This document shows positions 48,521 to 57,637 of a stretch of 64,000 nt of DNA, piece after piece. Numbering within the stretch: the first letter of the stretch is position 1; each line of letters begins with the position of its first letter. Both the position numbers and the translations under genes were made by a program. The DNA is taken from the NCBI GenBank assembly GCA_963840455.1, contig CAWIYV010000013.1, positions 58,560 through 122,559 on the forward strand. The letters are read 5' to 3'. The notes below the pieces were generated by a model. It saw nothing but the letters and a program-made list of their open reading frames with translations. It was not told where the DNA came from and did not search any database. The DNA comes from Nitrospirota bacterium. GTDB lineage: Bacteria; Nitrospirota; UBA9217.

Positions 48521-49513
48521 ATGCGTATAAGGCTGATTGTCTTGATGTTGCTATGCATGGCTGCCGGGTCCGTTCAGGCCGCCGAAGAGAGGCACGCCAA
48601 TGTCGGCAACATCGATGTGAGGAGCTCGCTGGTGGGCGGCCGGGTGTATATCGACGATGTGTACAGCGGCGATGCCGACGTCTTCATCGAGGACGTGCCG
48701 GCGGGAGAGCACTCCGTGGCCATCCGCCACAGCGGGCAGGTCGTCAGGGGCCAGTTCACCCTGAAGCCGGGCGAGACCATGATGCTGGAAGGACGGTTCG
48801 ACGAGAGCCGGCTTGTGGACCTCAAGGAGGTTGCCAAGGAAGAGGCCATGAAGCGGGCCGAAGCAGAGCGGAAGGCCGAAGCTGAGCGCAAGGCAGCAGA
48901 GGCGGAGCCTAAGAAGAAGGAGCCGGCGGCGGCAGCGGCAGCGGCGAAGGGCCAGGATAAAAAGAAGGTAGAGGCGAAAAAGACCGCGCCAGCCGCTGCG
49001 ATAAAAGCCCCGAAGAGCGCCGTGGACGAACGGCATGACCTGCACCTGAACATCATCCGCGTCGACTTCGAGGACTCCGGGGTCTCCGATCTGAAGATCA
49101 CGCCCAAGATCAACACGAAGGTCATCACGAACTTCAACGACGGCAAGAGCATCGGCGGCAAGCTTTACCGCTCGAAGCAGAACTACCTGCTGTGTGAGTC
49201 CGGGTCGTGCTATCGTGACTGGACCGGCCGGTTCTTCTATATCGACGAGGCCGGGAAGCGCGATGCCTTCCTGATCCGGCATAAGGAGAACGTCTTCACC
49301 GGCGTCACGCCGCAGGGGACCAGCAAGCTTGATATGGACCTCTGTCTGAACGGCGACTGCAAACGGATATCATTTCCGGCCGAGGGCGGCGGTGCGGTCC
49401 AGAGCAGGATCGACCGTTATGTCCTGAGCTGGTCCAAGAATGCTTTCACGATCAGGCGGGCGGACATCATGAAGGAGATCACCGACGCAGGAGGGAAGGT
49501 CCCGGAATTCTGA
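48521..49513 (+). CDS. exported PEGA-like domain protein with Ala/Lys/Glu-rich linker
   Basis: Signal peptide; GRVYIDDVYSG...VPAGEHSVAI; uncharacterised C-terminal domain. Confidence 0.7.
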   Translation: MRIRLIVLMLLCMAAGSVQAAEERHANVGNIDVRSSLVGGRVYIDDVYSGDADVFIEDVPAGEHSVAIRHSGQVVRGQFTLKPGETMMLEGRFDESRLVDLKEVAKEEAMKRAEAERKAEAERKAAEAEPKKKEPAAAAAAAKGQDKKKVEAKKTAPAAAIKAPKSAVDERHDLHLNIIRVDFEDSGVSDLKITPKINTKVITNFNDGKSIGGKLYRSKQNYLLCESGSCYRDWTGRFFYIDEAGKRDAFLIRHKENVFTGVTPQGTSKLDMDLCLNGDCKRISFPAEGGGAVQSRIDRYVLSWSKNAFTIRRADIMKEITDAGGKVPEF

Positions 49514-49543
49514 TCCGGGGATGGAGAACTGAAGAAGACACGC

Positions 49544-49574
49544 GGGGGCCGGCATCAGCCGGCCCCCGTTTTTT
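49544..49574 (+). terminator. intrinsic terminator
   Basis: GGGGGCCGGC-atca-GCCGGCCCCC followed by a T-tract. Confidence 0.8.
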
Positions 49575-49618
49575 GGGATCATCTCCTTCGCAAGCAGGTC
49601 GAGTATGCACGGCGATGA

Positions 49619-50318
49619 TTTTTTTCTACACCCCGGTTGTCTCTCCAAGCAGCAAGAGGCATGGAGATACGATCCTCAAGGTAGGTTCATAATCGCTCGC
49701 TAATCCCGCGAAAACGCGCGGGATGCGCTCGCTCCTGGATTCAGCAGGTTCGCGCAGGCATGATCAGTTCTAATTTTTTTCACCTTTCTTGCGTGCCCAA
49801 GAAAGGTGACCCAAGAAGGGCACCCGACGAAAATTCTTCACGGCAGGCTCGGTCGTCCTCGGTACATTTCGGAAACTTGCCCTTCGGGCTTCGAACATCC
49901 GAAATGTTTAACCCTCGTCCTCTGTCGCCTGCCTAAATTTTCGTATGGGAAGCCTTGACGGCGAACGTCTTTAACCAACACCGCACGTCTCTGGAGCGGA
50001 CCTATGCGTTTCTTGGGCACCCATCTTGGCCTTAGGCCGCGTCCCGCAGGGCGATGCGCATGTCTGAGGCCCAAGGCCGAGTTTGCGCGATCGAGCGGCC
50101 GTGGCCTTAGATGGGTCAAGAAAGGCATTGTCGCCCCCTGCATCACACTGCAGGGAGTCTCCGATCCTCAAGGAAGTTGCTATTCTAACCGCTCGCTATG
50201 CGCTCGCTCCTGGATTTAGGACGCGAAAGAGATGTGCAAAAAGATCCACAAGCAACCAGGCGCAATAGCCAGTCTCGCGCTGTTCTCGCTGACAAAGAGC
50301 TGTCATTTCGCCCACTCA
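49619..50318. repeat. family B structured element carrying two nested element A copies (49637-49739 and 50128-50214, minus strand)
   Basis: The 283-bp core 49847-50129 is near-identical to 51597-51879 and 62251-62533. Confidence 0.85.
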
Positions 50319-50356
50319 ATAAAAGGAGAAGATCCTTTTTTTATTGATCCTTCCCG

Positions 50357-51418
50357 CTAAGCGGCTCCCTTGCGACCTGCAATCGCGCGAAGCTGGCCGC
50401 AGGCTGCAGAGATGTCCCTGCCCATGCTGTTCCGGACCACGGCCACATGGCCGTTCCTGAGCAGCAGGTTCCGGAAGGCGTAGACCCTTTCCTCGTCGGG
50501 CCGTTCGTAGACGCCGCCCGGGAAGGGGTTGAACAAGAGCAGGTTGATCATGCAGGGGAGCCCTTTGAGCAGGTCGCCCAATCGGGCTGCGTCCCCGTCG
50601 GAGTCGTTGATTCCCCTGAACAGCACGTACTCGATCGTCACGGACCTCCCGGTCCTTTCCCCGTAATACCGCACTGCCTGCATAAGCCGTTCGATCGGAT
50701 AGGCTTTGTTCACCGGCATGATCCGTTCCCTGACCGTGTCGGTCGTCGCGTTCAGCGACACGGCAAGGCTCACCTCGACTTCGTCGTCGGCAAGCCGTTC
50801 GATCATGGGCGCTATGCCACAGGTGGACAGGGTGACCTTCTTCGGCGAGAATCCCAGCCCGTGCCGGTCAACTGCCGCCTCGACGAACTTTTTCACCGCT
50901 TCATAGTTGCTGAGCGGCTCGCCGGTCCCCATGAGCACGATGTTGGTGATCGGCCGGCTGCGAGCGAACGCCTCGGCTGCGAAGAACTGGTTCACGATCT
51001 CCGCGGAGGCGAGGTTGCGCACGAGCCCTCCGGAGCCGGTAAGGCAGAACCCGCAGCCCGAGGCGCAGCCGACCTGCGTCGATAGGCAAAGTGTGAGACG
51101 GTCGGGACCGGGGATCAGAACCCCCTCTAGGGTGTTGTTGTCGTGGAGCCGGTAGAGCAGCTTTACGGTCCCGTCTTCCGCGGCCTCTGAATGTTCCACC
51201 GCGAGCGTCGTGATCGTGCAGCGTGACTTGAGCAGTTCCCGGAGCGGCCGGTTCAGGTCGGTCATCGCGTCGATGGACTCCCGGCGTTTCCGGTACAGCT
51301 GGACGGCAACGCGGAGCCCCTGGCCGGCCTTCTGGCCGAGCTCGTCGGTGCAGAAGCGGTCGATCTCGTTCGGGGTGAGTCCCTTAAGGTCGATCATCGT
51401 TCTTTCTATAATATTCAT
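50357..51418 (-). CDS. rlmN: RlmN family radical SAM RNA methyltransferase
   Basis: CLSTQVGCASGCGFC, MGTGEPL, SAACGQL; start may be ~51397. Confidence 0.9.
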   Translation of the reverse strand: MNIIERTMIDLKGLTPNEIDRFCTDELGQKAGQGLRVAVQLYRKRRESIDAMTDLNRPLRELLKSRCTITTLAVEHSEAAEDGTVKLLYRLHDNNTLEGVLIPGPDRLTLCLSTQVGCASGCGFCLTGSGGLVRNLASAEIVNQFFAAEAFARSRPITNIVLMGTGEPLSNYEAVKKFVEAAVDRHGLGFSPKKVTLSTCGIAPMIERLADDEVEVSLAVSLNATTDTVRERIMPVNKAYPIERLMQAVRYYGERTGRSVTIEYVLFRGINDSDGDAARLGDLLKGLPCMINLLLFNPFPGGVYERPDEERVYAFRNLLLRNGHVAVVRNSMGRDISAACGQLRAIAGRKGAA

Positions 51419-51435
51419 GCAAGTTCACATCGCTT

Positions 51436-51990
51436 TTCTTTTTTCAGCAGCCGGTTTAAGCTCCCAAGATAACAGCTCTGAGCTTCGATCCTCAGGGAAG
51501 TATTACATTCTAATCGCCCAGTTCTTTGTCACCTTTCTTGCGTGCCCAAGAAAGGTGACCAAAGAGGGCACCCCACTGAAAACTTCTTTGCTACATGCTC
51601 GGTCGTCCTCGGTACATTTCGGAAACTTGCCCTTCGGGCTTCGGACATCCGAAATGTTTAACCCTCGTCCTCTGTCGCCTGCCTAAATTTTCGTATGGGA
51701 AGCCTTGACGGCGAACGTCTTTAACCAACACCGCACGTCTCTGGAGCGGACCTATGCGTTTCTTGGGCACCCATCTTGGCCTTAGGCCGCGTCCCGCAGG
51801 GCGATGCGCATGTCTGAGGCCCAAGGCCGAGTTTGCGCGATCGAGCGGCCGTGGCCTTAGATGGGTCAAGAAAGGCATTAAGGACGCGAAAGGGATGTGC
51901 AAAAAAAGAGATTTTTTTGCACCCCGGCTCACCGGTTCCGCGCAGGCATGCTCATTCTAGTTCTTTATCACCTTTTTCTTGCGTGCTCAG
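51436..51990. repeat. family B element (empty at the internal element A site) followed by a truncated tandem copy (51912-51990)
   Basis: Same core; ggcatt|aaggacgcg is uninterrupted; partial element A at ~51457-51517. Confidence 0.85.
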
Positions 51991-52044
51991 CGTCACCGCT
52001 TGTCCCCGAGCGATTCAGTCGGGGATGTCGCCGTTTCATCTTTT

Positions 52045-52770
52045 TCAGTTCCTCGCCTTCCTGAATCCAGCCTTCCGCGCTTCCTCTTCTGTCTGAAAAT
52101 AGATGCGGTTCTTCTCTCCGATCGAATCATAATACCGCTGCCCCGGGACATGGTAGATGTTCGTGCGGATATTCCCGATGACCCTGCCCCGGCGCTCCGG
52201 ATCGGACCACGCGGCACGCTTTGCCTCGTCCCAGATGCCCCTGCGAGCAGCGCGGGCGTCCTGCTCCGCGTTCGTGAACGCCTGCTCGTACTCGAAGGGA
52301 TAGCGCGTATACGCCCTGCCGAAGCCCTGCTCGATGAGTTCGAGATTGAAGTTCCTGCCGTCCTCAGTGAAGACATAAGCAAGGGCCCGCTGGTACTTGT
52401 CCCTGCTGCCGCCCTGCCGGTCGGGAGGCTCGAACTCAAGCCGAACCCGTTTCTCGAGCAGGCTGCGCCTGGTGAAGAGCGAAGCCTCGGGGCCATAGAA
52501 CTGGACCGGCGTGCCTTGCCTGTTGGTCTCGGGCGTGTCCACGCCGATGAGCCGCACGGTGTCCTGACGGCGTCCGCGGAGCACCTTGATGGTGTCCCCG
52601 TCGACCACGTCGGTAACGAGCACCCGCTCGGAAGGATGAGTCGTAGTCCCGGCAGCAGCGGTACCTGCCGCCGCGAGCGCGATGACGGCCAGAACGGCGG
52701 CCAGCCGGTTCAGGAAATAAAATCGCCGGCGCGGTGAGGTGCCCGGCCGGCGGAGGAATGGATGGATCAT
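52045..52770 (-). CDS. exported thermonuclease (SNase) with C-terminal Ada-like domain
   Basis: VVDGDTI, VRLIGVDTPE, RDKYQRALAYV, ARRGIW; GNIRTNIYH...EEEARKAGFR. Confidence 0.9.
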   Translation of the reverse strand: MIHPFLRRPGTSPRRRFYFLNRLAAVLAVIALAAAGTAAAGTTTHPSERVLVTDVVDGDTIKVLRGRRQDTVRLIGVDTPETNRQGTPVQFYGPEASLFTRRSLLEKRVRLEFEPPDRQGGSRDKYQRALAYVFTEDGRNFNLELIEQGFGRAYTRYPFEYEQAFTNAEQDARAARRGIWDEAKRAAWSDPERRGRVIGNIRTNIYHVPGQRYYDSIGEKNRIYFQTEEEARKAGFRKARN

Positions 52771-52773
52771 GGT

Positions 52774-53262
52774 CTAGGGAGACGACAGCCGCTTTTTCAT
52801 GGCGTTGATCTCTTCCATATGCTTTGTTTCCTGCGCCATCATCTCCTCGAAGATCACCTTTGTCTGGGCGTCCGGCGCTTTCGCAGCGAGTCCCTTGTAG
52901 AAGTTATACGCTTTTGCTTCAATGGTGATGGCCAGGGAGAGGGCGTCCTTCTCGTTCTGGACGCTGAACTTCTCGATCTTCTTCTCGAGGTCCTTGATGG
53001 GCATGCCGCCCTCGGTGACCGGCGCCGGGACCTTCCTGCCGAACTCCTCGAACTCCAGCAGTTCGCGGTCATCGAGGGCCGACTGGTACAGCGACTGGAG
53101 ATAGATCATGTGCCGGTTCTCCCAGGCGGCAAGTTCCTCGAAGCTTTTCTTTGCCGCTACGCTCGATTTCGATGCGGCCAGGGCATAGAACTCCTTCGTG
53201 CCCTTCTCCATGATGTAGGCCTCTACGAGGGCCTGAAGCAGGTCTTCTTTTCCGGTCAGCAT
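52774..53262 (-). CDS. ferritin/rubrerythrin-like di-iron protein
   Basis: Duplicated E..(T/A)..FY and E..H motifs (WENRH, QETKH). Confidence 0.85.
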   Translation of the reverse strand: MLTGKEDLLQALVEAYIMEKGTKEFYALAASKSSVAAKKSFEELAAWENRHMIYLQSLYQSALDDRELLEFEEFGRKVPAPVTEGGMPIKDLEKKIEKFSVQNEKDALSLAITIEAKAYNFYKGLAAKAPDAQTKVIFEEMMAQETKHMEEINAMKKRLSSP

Positions 53263-53440
53263 GGCATGTCCCCTTGTCGATGAGATGATCTGAACCTGCG
53301 GATACTGTACCATAAACGGCCGGGATTGTCACCCGTCGTTGCGCAGACCGGTGGGGTCAGAAACCGCTTGTTTTTCTTCCGGCTTTTGTTTACTATGTAC
53401 GCCCTGAACCGTGGTAGTATTGATGAGGAGGTCCAATGCC

Positions 53441-53737
53441 ATGCCCATGTATGAATACGAATGCGGCTCCTGCGGGCGCCGTTTCGAGGTGATCCAGAAG
53501 TTCAGCGATCCCCTGCTGACCGAGTGCCGGCTGTGCCATGCGTCCGGCGTCAGGAAAGTGCTCTCGTCCGCGGCGTTCGTGCTCAAGGGCGGAGGGTGGT
53601 ATGCGTCCGATTACCCGTCCGCGGACCGGAAAAAAGGCACCGACACGGAGAAGCCGGCAGCGCCTGCGACGGAGACCAAGGCCCCGGCATGCGCCGGGGG
53701 AGGCTGCGCGTCAGGGGCCTGTCCCGCAAAGGGCTGA
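53441..53737 (+). CDS. FmdB family zinc-ribbon protein
   Basis: MPMYEYECGSCG..FEVIQKFSD, FVLKGGGWY.SDY. Confidence 0.9.
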   Translation: MPMYEYECGSCGRRFEVIQKFSDPLLTECRLCHASGVRKVLSSAAFVLKGGGWYASDYPSADRKKGTDTEKPAAPATETKAPACAGGGCASGACPAKG

Positions 53738-53743
53738 GGTTCG

Positions 53744-54577
53744 ATGGAGCCTGTCCACGTCCATATCCCCTACGGCAAGCTCCGGGACTATCTCGCGCTC
53801 GTCCGGAAGCGGAAGTACGATCTCGAGATCTACATACCCGCGTCGGTCCTGGGCCAGCTGGAGCGCGTCGATCTCGAGGTCCTGCTCGACAACCTGGACT
53901 GGGGCCCTGCGCTGACGCTCCACGCTCCGTTCATGGACCTGAACCCCGGCGCCGTGGACCCGATGGTGAGGTCGGCGACACAGATGCGCTTCAAACAGCT
54001 CCTGTCCGTTGCTTCGGTGCTCAAGCCCCGCGCCGTGGTGTTCCATGCAGCCTATGACCGGTGGCGGTACGCCGGCAGGAAGGACCTCTGGCTCGAGAAC
54101 AGCATGGAGACGTGGCCCCGGATCATGGAGAGCGCTGCCCGGATCGACGGCATGCGCGTTGCCGTAGAGAACGTCTTCGACGAGGACCCCGAGGCGCTGG
54201 CCATGCTCATCGAACGGGTGAACGACCCGCGGTTCGGTTTCTGCTTCGACACCGGCCATTTCAATCTTTTTTCGACCGCCACCATGGAGCAGTGGTTCGC
54301 CCGCCTGGGGAAGCATCTTGCGGAGGTGCACCTTCACGACAACGGCGGTTCCGAGGACGCCCACCAGGCGCTCGGGAAGGGCACGTTCGATTTCGCCGGG
54401 TTCTTCCGGCTCATCAGGGAGCACGGCGCCAGCCCGGTCTTCACCCTTGAGGCCCACGACGCCGAGGACATCGAGCCGAGCCTGGTAAAGATCCGGGAGC
54501 TCATGAAGGACAACGAACAGAAGAAAGAAGCAAGACAACCGACAGCAGGCAACAGACATCGGATTTCTGACCCTTGA
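53744..54577 (+). CDS. sugar phosphate isomerase/epimerase (AP endonuclease 2 TIM barrel) family protein
   Basis: TLHAPF.DLN, VENVF, CFDTGH, HLHDN...D.H. Confidence 0.87.
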   Translation: MEPVHVHIPYGKLRDYLALVRKRKYDLEIYIPASVLGQLERVDLEVLLDNLDWGPALTLHAPFMDLNPGAVDPMVRSATQMRFKQLLSVASVLKPRAVVFHAAYDRWRYAGRKDLWLENSMETWPRIMESAARIDGMRVAVENVFDEDPEALAMLIERVNDPRFGFCFDTGHFNLFSTATMEQWFARLGKHLAEVHLHDNGGSEDAHQALGKGTFDFAGFFRLIREHGASPVFTLEAHDAEDIEPSLVKIRELMKDNEQKKEARQPTAGNRHRISDP

Positions 54578-54619
54578 CCCATGCCCCCTGACCCATTACT
54601 GGGGGTCCGCACCTTTACC

Positions 54620-54648
54620 TTGACAGAGAAAGCCCCGTACCTTAGACT
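54620..54648 (+). promoter_or_regulatory. sigma70 promoter, probably giving a leaderless mRNA
   Basis: TTGACA-N17-TAGACT, 6 nt before ATG 54655; no SD sequence. Confidence 0.65.
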
Positions 54649-54654
54649 ACTACC

Positions 54655-56454
54655 ATGAAAATACGCCATCTTCTTCCCCTTCTCGCCCTCGGTGCCGCGT
54701 CCTGCATTGCTTCGACAGTACCTCCGGCAGTAAAGATGCCGGAGGTCTCCCCCGGCAGCATCAGCGCTGCGTCACAACAGCAGGCCGACGCCTATCTCCA
54801 TTTCATGAACGGGAGCATGCTGGAGCAGGAGGGCAACCTTGACGGCGCGATGAAGGAATACGAGACCGCGTTCCGGCTGGACCCCGGCTCCGCCGAGGTC
54901 GCCCAGGCCCTCGCGACCCTGTCGATCCACCAGGGGAAGACCGAAGACGCGGTGGCATATGCGCAGAAGGCCTTGGCGCTCGACCCGCAACGAACCGAGA
55001 CGCTCATGCTCCTGGCCGGCATCAACAGCGGGCGAAAGAAGTATGACGAGGCGATCGTCCTCTACCGGAAGGTCATCGAGATCGATCCTTCCCAGGAAGA
55101 CGCCTATATCTATCTTGGCTCCCTGTACGCGGCGCTGAAGCGCTATGACGAGGCGGTCGAAACGTTCCGTGCGCTGGACAAGCAGAACCCCGCATCGCTC
55201 ATGTCGCCCTACTACCTGGGGCGGATCTACACCGAGCAGAAGATGTATCCCGAGGCCCTCGCCGAGTTCAAGCGGGCGGCCGCGGTCCGCGATGATTTCG
55301 AGCCGACCTTCACGGGCATGGGCATTGTCTATGAGCTCACGGGCCGGACCAAGGACGCCATCGATGCCTACAAGCGGTCGCTCCACCTGAACCCCCACAA
55401 CACCGACCTCCGCCAGCGCTTGGCCCAGCTCTACATCCAGGAGAACTCGCTCGACGAGGCGCTTGAGCAGCTCCGCAGGCTCGCGGCCGACGACGCGCAG
55501 AACTACGATGCCTACGTCAAGATGGGCCTCATTTATGTGGAAAAACAGCAGTACGCCGAGGCCGCGGAGGCGTTCCGGGTCGCGTCCAGCGCTGTTCCGC
55601 AGAACATCAAGATACGCCAGTACCTGGGCACGGTCCTCATCGCCATGGAGAAGTACGACGAGGCGCTCAAGGAATACACCGAGATCCTGAAGCTCGACCC
55701 CGACGACACCGACGCCGTTCTTCAGACCGCGTACATCTACGCGCGGCAGGGACGGATGAAGGACTCCGTGCCGCTGCTCCAGAGGGCCGTGGCGGCGCAG
55801 CCGGGAAAAGCGGAGCTGTACCTGTATCTCGCGAACGCCCACATGGACCTGGACCAGCCTGCCGAGGCCGTGGCGGTCCTCGCCAAGGGGATCGAGATGG
55901 CCCCTGACCGGGAGGACCTGTATTTCACCCTGGCCCTGGCCTATGAGAAACTGGGGAAGCGTGACGACATGATCGCCGCCCTCAAGAAGACCCTCGAGAT
56001 CAAGCCGGACCATGCCGACGCCCTGAACTACCTCGGCTATACCTATGCCGAAGCCGGCGAGCACCTTGATGAGGCCATCTCCCTCATCAGGCGGGCGCTG
56101 CTCATCAAGAAGGACAGTGGATATATCCTTGACAGCCTTGCCTGGGCCTACTACCAGAAGGGCATGTACCAGGAAGCGCACGAGACCATGGTCAAGGCGA
56201 TGAGCAAGGCCGAAGACGACCCGGTCATGCGCGAGCACTACGGCGACATCCTGCTGAAGCTCGGGAAAAAGGACAAAGCCAGGGAGCAGTGGATCCATTC
56301 CCTCGAGCTCGACCCGAAGAACCAGAAGCTCCGGGACCGGTACCGGAAGACGGGCTTCGGCGATCCCGATGCCGTGGTAAAACCGGACCAGCCGGCGAAG
56401 CAGGAGAAGAAAGAGAAGAAAGACAAGAACGAGAAGAAAAAAGAGAAGCCGTGA
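54655..56454 (+). CDS. TPR-repeat lipoprotein
   Basis: Lipobox-like AASC; many TPRs; ALNYLGYTYA, ILDSLAWAYY, EHYGD. Confidence 0.9.
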   Translation: MKIRHLLPLLALGAASCIASTVPPAVKMPEVSPGSISAASQQQADAYLHFMNGSMLEQEGNLDGAMKEYETAFRLDPGSAEVAQALATLSIHQGKTEDAVAYAQKALALDPQRTETLMLLAGINSGRKKYDEAIVLYRKVIEIDPSQEDAYIYLGSLYAALKRYDEAVETFRALDKQNPASLMSPYYLGRIYTEQKMYPEALAEFKRAAAVRDDFEPTFTGMGIVYELTGRTKDAIDAYKRSLHLNPHNTDLRQRLAQLYIQENSLDEALEQLRRLAADDAQNYDAYVKMGLIYVEKQQYAEAAEAFRVASSAVPQNIKIRQYLGTVLIAMEKYDEALKEYTEILKLDPDDTDAVLQTAYIYARQGRMKDSVPLLQRAVAAQPGKAELYLYLANAHMDLDQPAEAVAVLAKGIEMAPDREDLYFTLALAYEKLGKRDDMIAALKKTLEIKPDHADALNYLGYTYAEAGEHLDEAISLIRRALLIKKDSGYILDSLAWAYYQKGMYQEAHETMVKAMSKAEDDPVMREHYGDILLKLGKKDKAREQWIHSLELDPKNQKLRDRYRKTGFGDPDAVVKPDQPAKQEKKEKKDKNEKKKEKP

Positions 56455-56455
56455 A

Positions 56456-56877
56456 TCCAGGAGCGAGCGCATTCCCCGGAGCAACGGGGCTAGCGAGCGA
56501 TTAGAATAAACACAACCCTGAGGATCGAAGCTCCATGCATTTATCTTCAGGGAGGTTCAATCCAGGAGCGAGCGCTTCCCCGGAGCAACGGGGCTAGCGA
56601 GCGATTAGAATAAACACAACCCTGAGGATCGAAGCTCCATGCATTTATCTTCAGGGAGGTTCAATCCAGGAGCGAGCGCTTCCCCGGAGCAACGGGCCTA
56701 GCGAGCGATTAGAATAAACACAACCCTGAGGATCGAAGCTCCATGCATTTATCTTCAGGGAGGTTCAATCCAGGAGCGAGCGCATTCCCCGGAGCAACGG
56801 GGGTAGCGAGCGATTAGGATAATGATAACCGCCTTGAGGATCGAAGATCTCCTGCAGCTGGCTGCAGGGAGCTTCAA
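56456..56877 (+). mobile_element. element A tandem array, four copies (105, 104, 104, 109 bp)
   Basis: Units start at 56456, 56561, 56665 and 56769; first three near-identical, fourth divergent. Confidence 0.92.
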
Positions 56878-57637
56878 AACCCGCACCCGATTTGCCATTC
56901 CGCTGCTCCCGCTCCTGTTCCTGTTCTCCTGCGCCCCTCCCCGACCCGAGATCCCGATGACCGAAGTTCCCGCTGCCCCGCTGGTGCAGGAACTGGACCG
57001 CCGCCGCAGTTCCTTCTCCGGCCTCAGGGCCGCGGCGCGGGTGCAGACCGAGCGCAAGGGCAGGAAGCGCGTGTACGAGAGCGTGGCCTTTCTGCAGCAG
57101 GACCAGGCAAAGTTCCGCATCGAAGGATACGGGCCCCTGGGGGAATCGGTCTTCGGCGCGCTTTGGGACGGGAAGGACCTGATGCTGCGCATGCCCGGTG
57201 AGGCCGACTTCGCACGGGCAGGCCAATGGGCATTTGAACGCCTCATCGGGTTCCCCCTTGCGCCGTCGGAGCTTGCCGCGGTCCTTTCGGGGAACGTGCC
57301 GCCGTCGCGGAAGAGTGAAGAGGCGCGGGCGCGCTGTTCGGAGGACGGCCAATGCGTGGTCGAGTTCCGCACCGATGATGCCCGGTGGCGTGTGCGCATC
57401 GTTCCGGCTGCCGTGTTGCGGATCGAGTCCTGCGAGCGGTACCACGGCGATGATCTGGTGTACACGGCCCGGTTCGATTCCCAGGAAATGATCAACGGGT
57501 ACCTGTTCCCGAAGCGGGTCACGGTGGAGAATGCGGACCGGAAGGCCGCGCTCTTGATCGAGTACCAGGACGTGGAGGTGAATGTCCCGGTCGAGGACAG
57601 CGCGTTCCTCCTGAACGGCGCGGGGACGGGACGATGA
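56822..57637 (+). CDS. lipoprotein in the lolB position (LolB-like); ancestral GTG start at 56451 cut off by the element A array
   Basis: KTRTRFAIPLLPLLFLFSC signal/lipobox; lies between the TPR gene and ispE. Confidence 0.75.
   Translation: MITALRIEDLLQLAAGSFKTRTRFAIPLLPLLFLFSCAPPRPEIPMTEVPAAPLVQELDRRRSSFSGLRAAARVQTERKGRKRVYESVAFLQQDQAKFRIEGYGPLGESVFGALWDGKDLMLRMPGEADFARAGQWAFERLIGFPLAPSELAAVLSGNVPPSRKSEEARARCSEDGQCVVEFRTDDARWRVRIVPAAVLRIESCERYHGDDLVYTARFDSQEMINGYLFPKRVTVENADRKAALLIEYQDVEVNVPVEDSAFLLNGAGTGR

Noticed and set aside
49838-50268. ORFs repeated in family B copies (MPFLTHLRPRPLDRANSALGL..., MRFLGTHLGL...)
   Set aside because: Starts and ends differ between copies, no RBS, and the divergent copy conserves pairing rather than codons
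50357-51418. Cfr-type resistance methyltransferase
   Set aside because: Motifs fit RlmN (STQVGC, AACGQL); the MGTGEP variant alone is not diagnostic
56456-56877. Tandem arrays (also 47536-47745) as CRISPR
   Set aside because: Units are ~105 bp and near-identical throughout, with no unique spacers; no cas genes in the window
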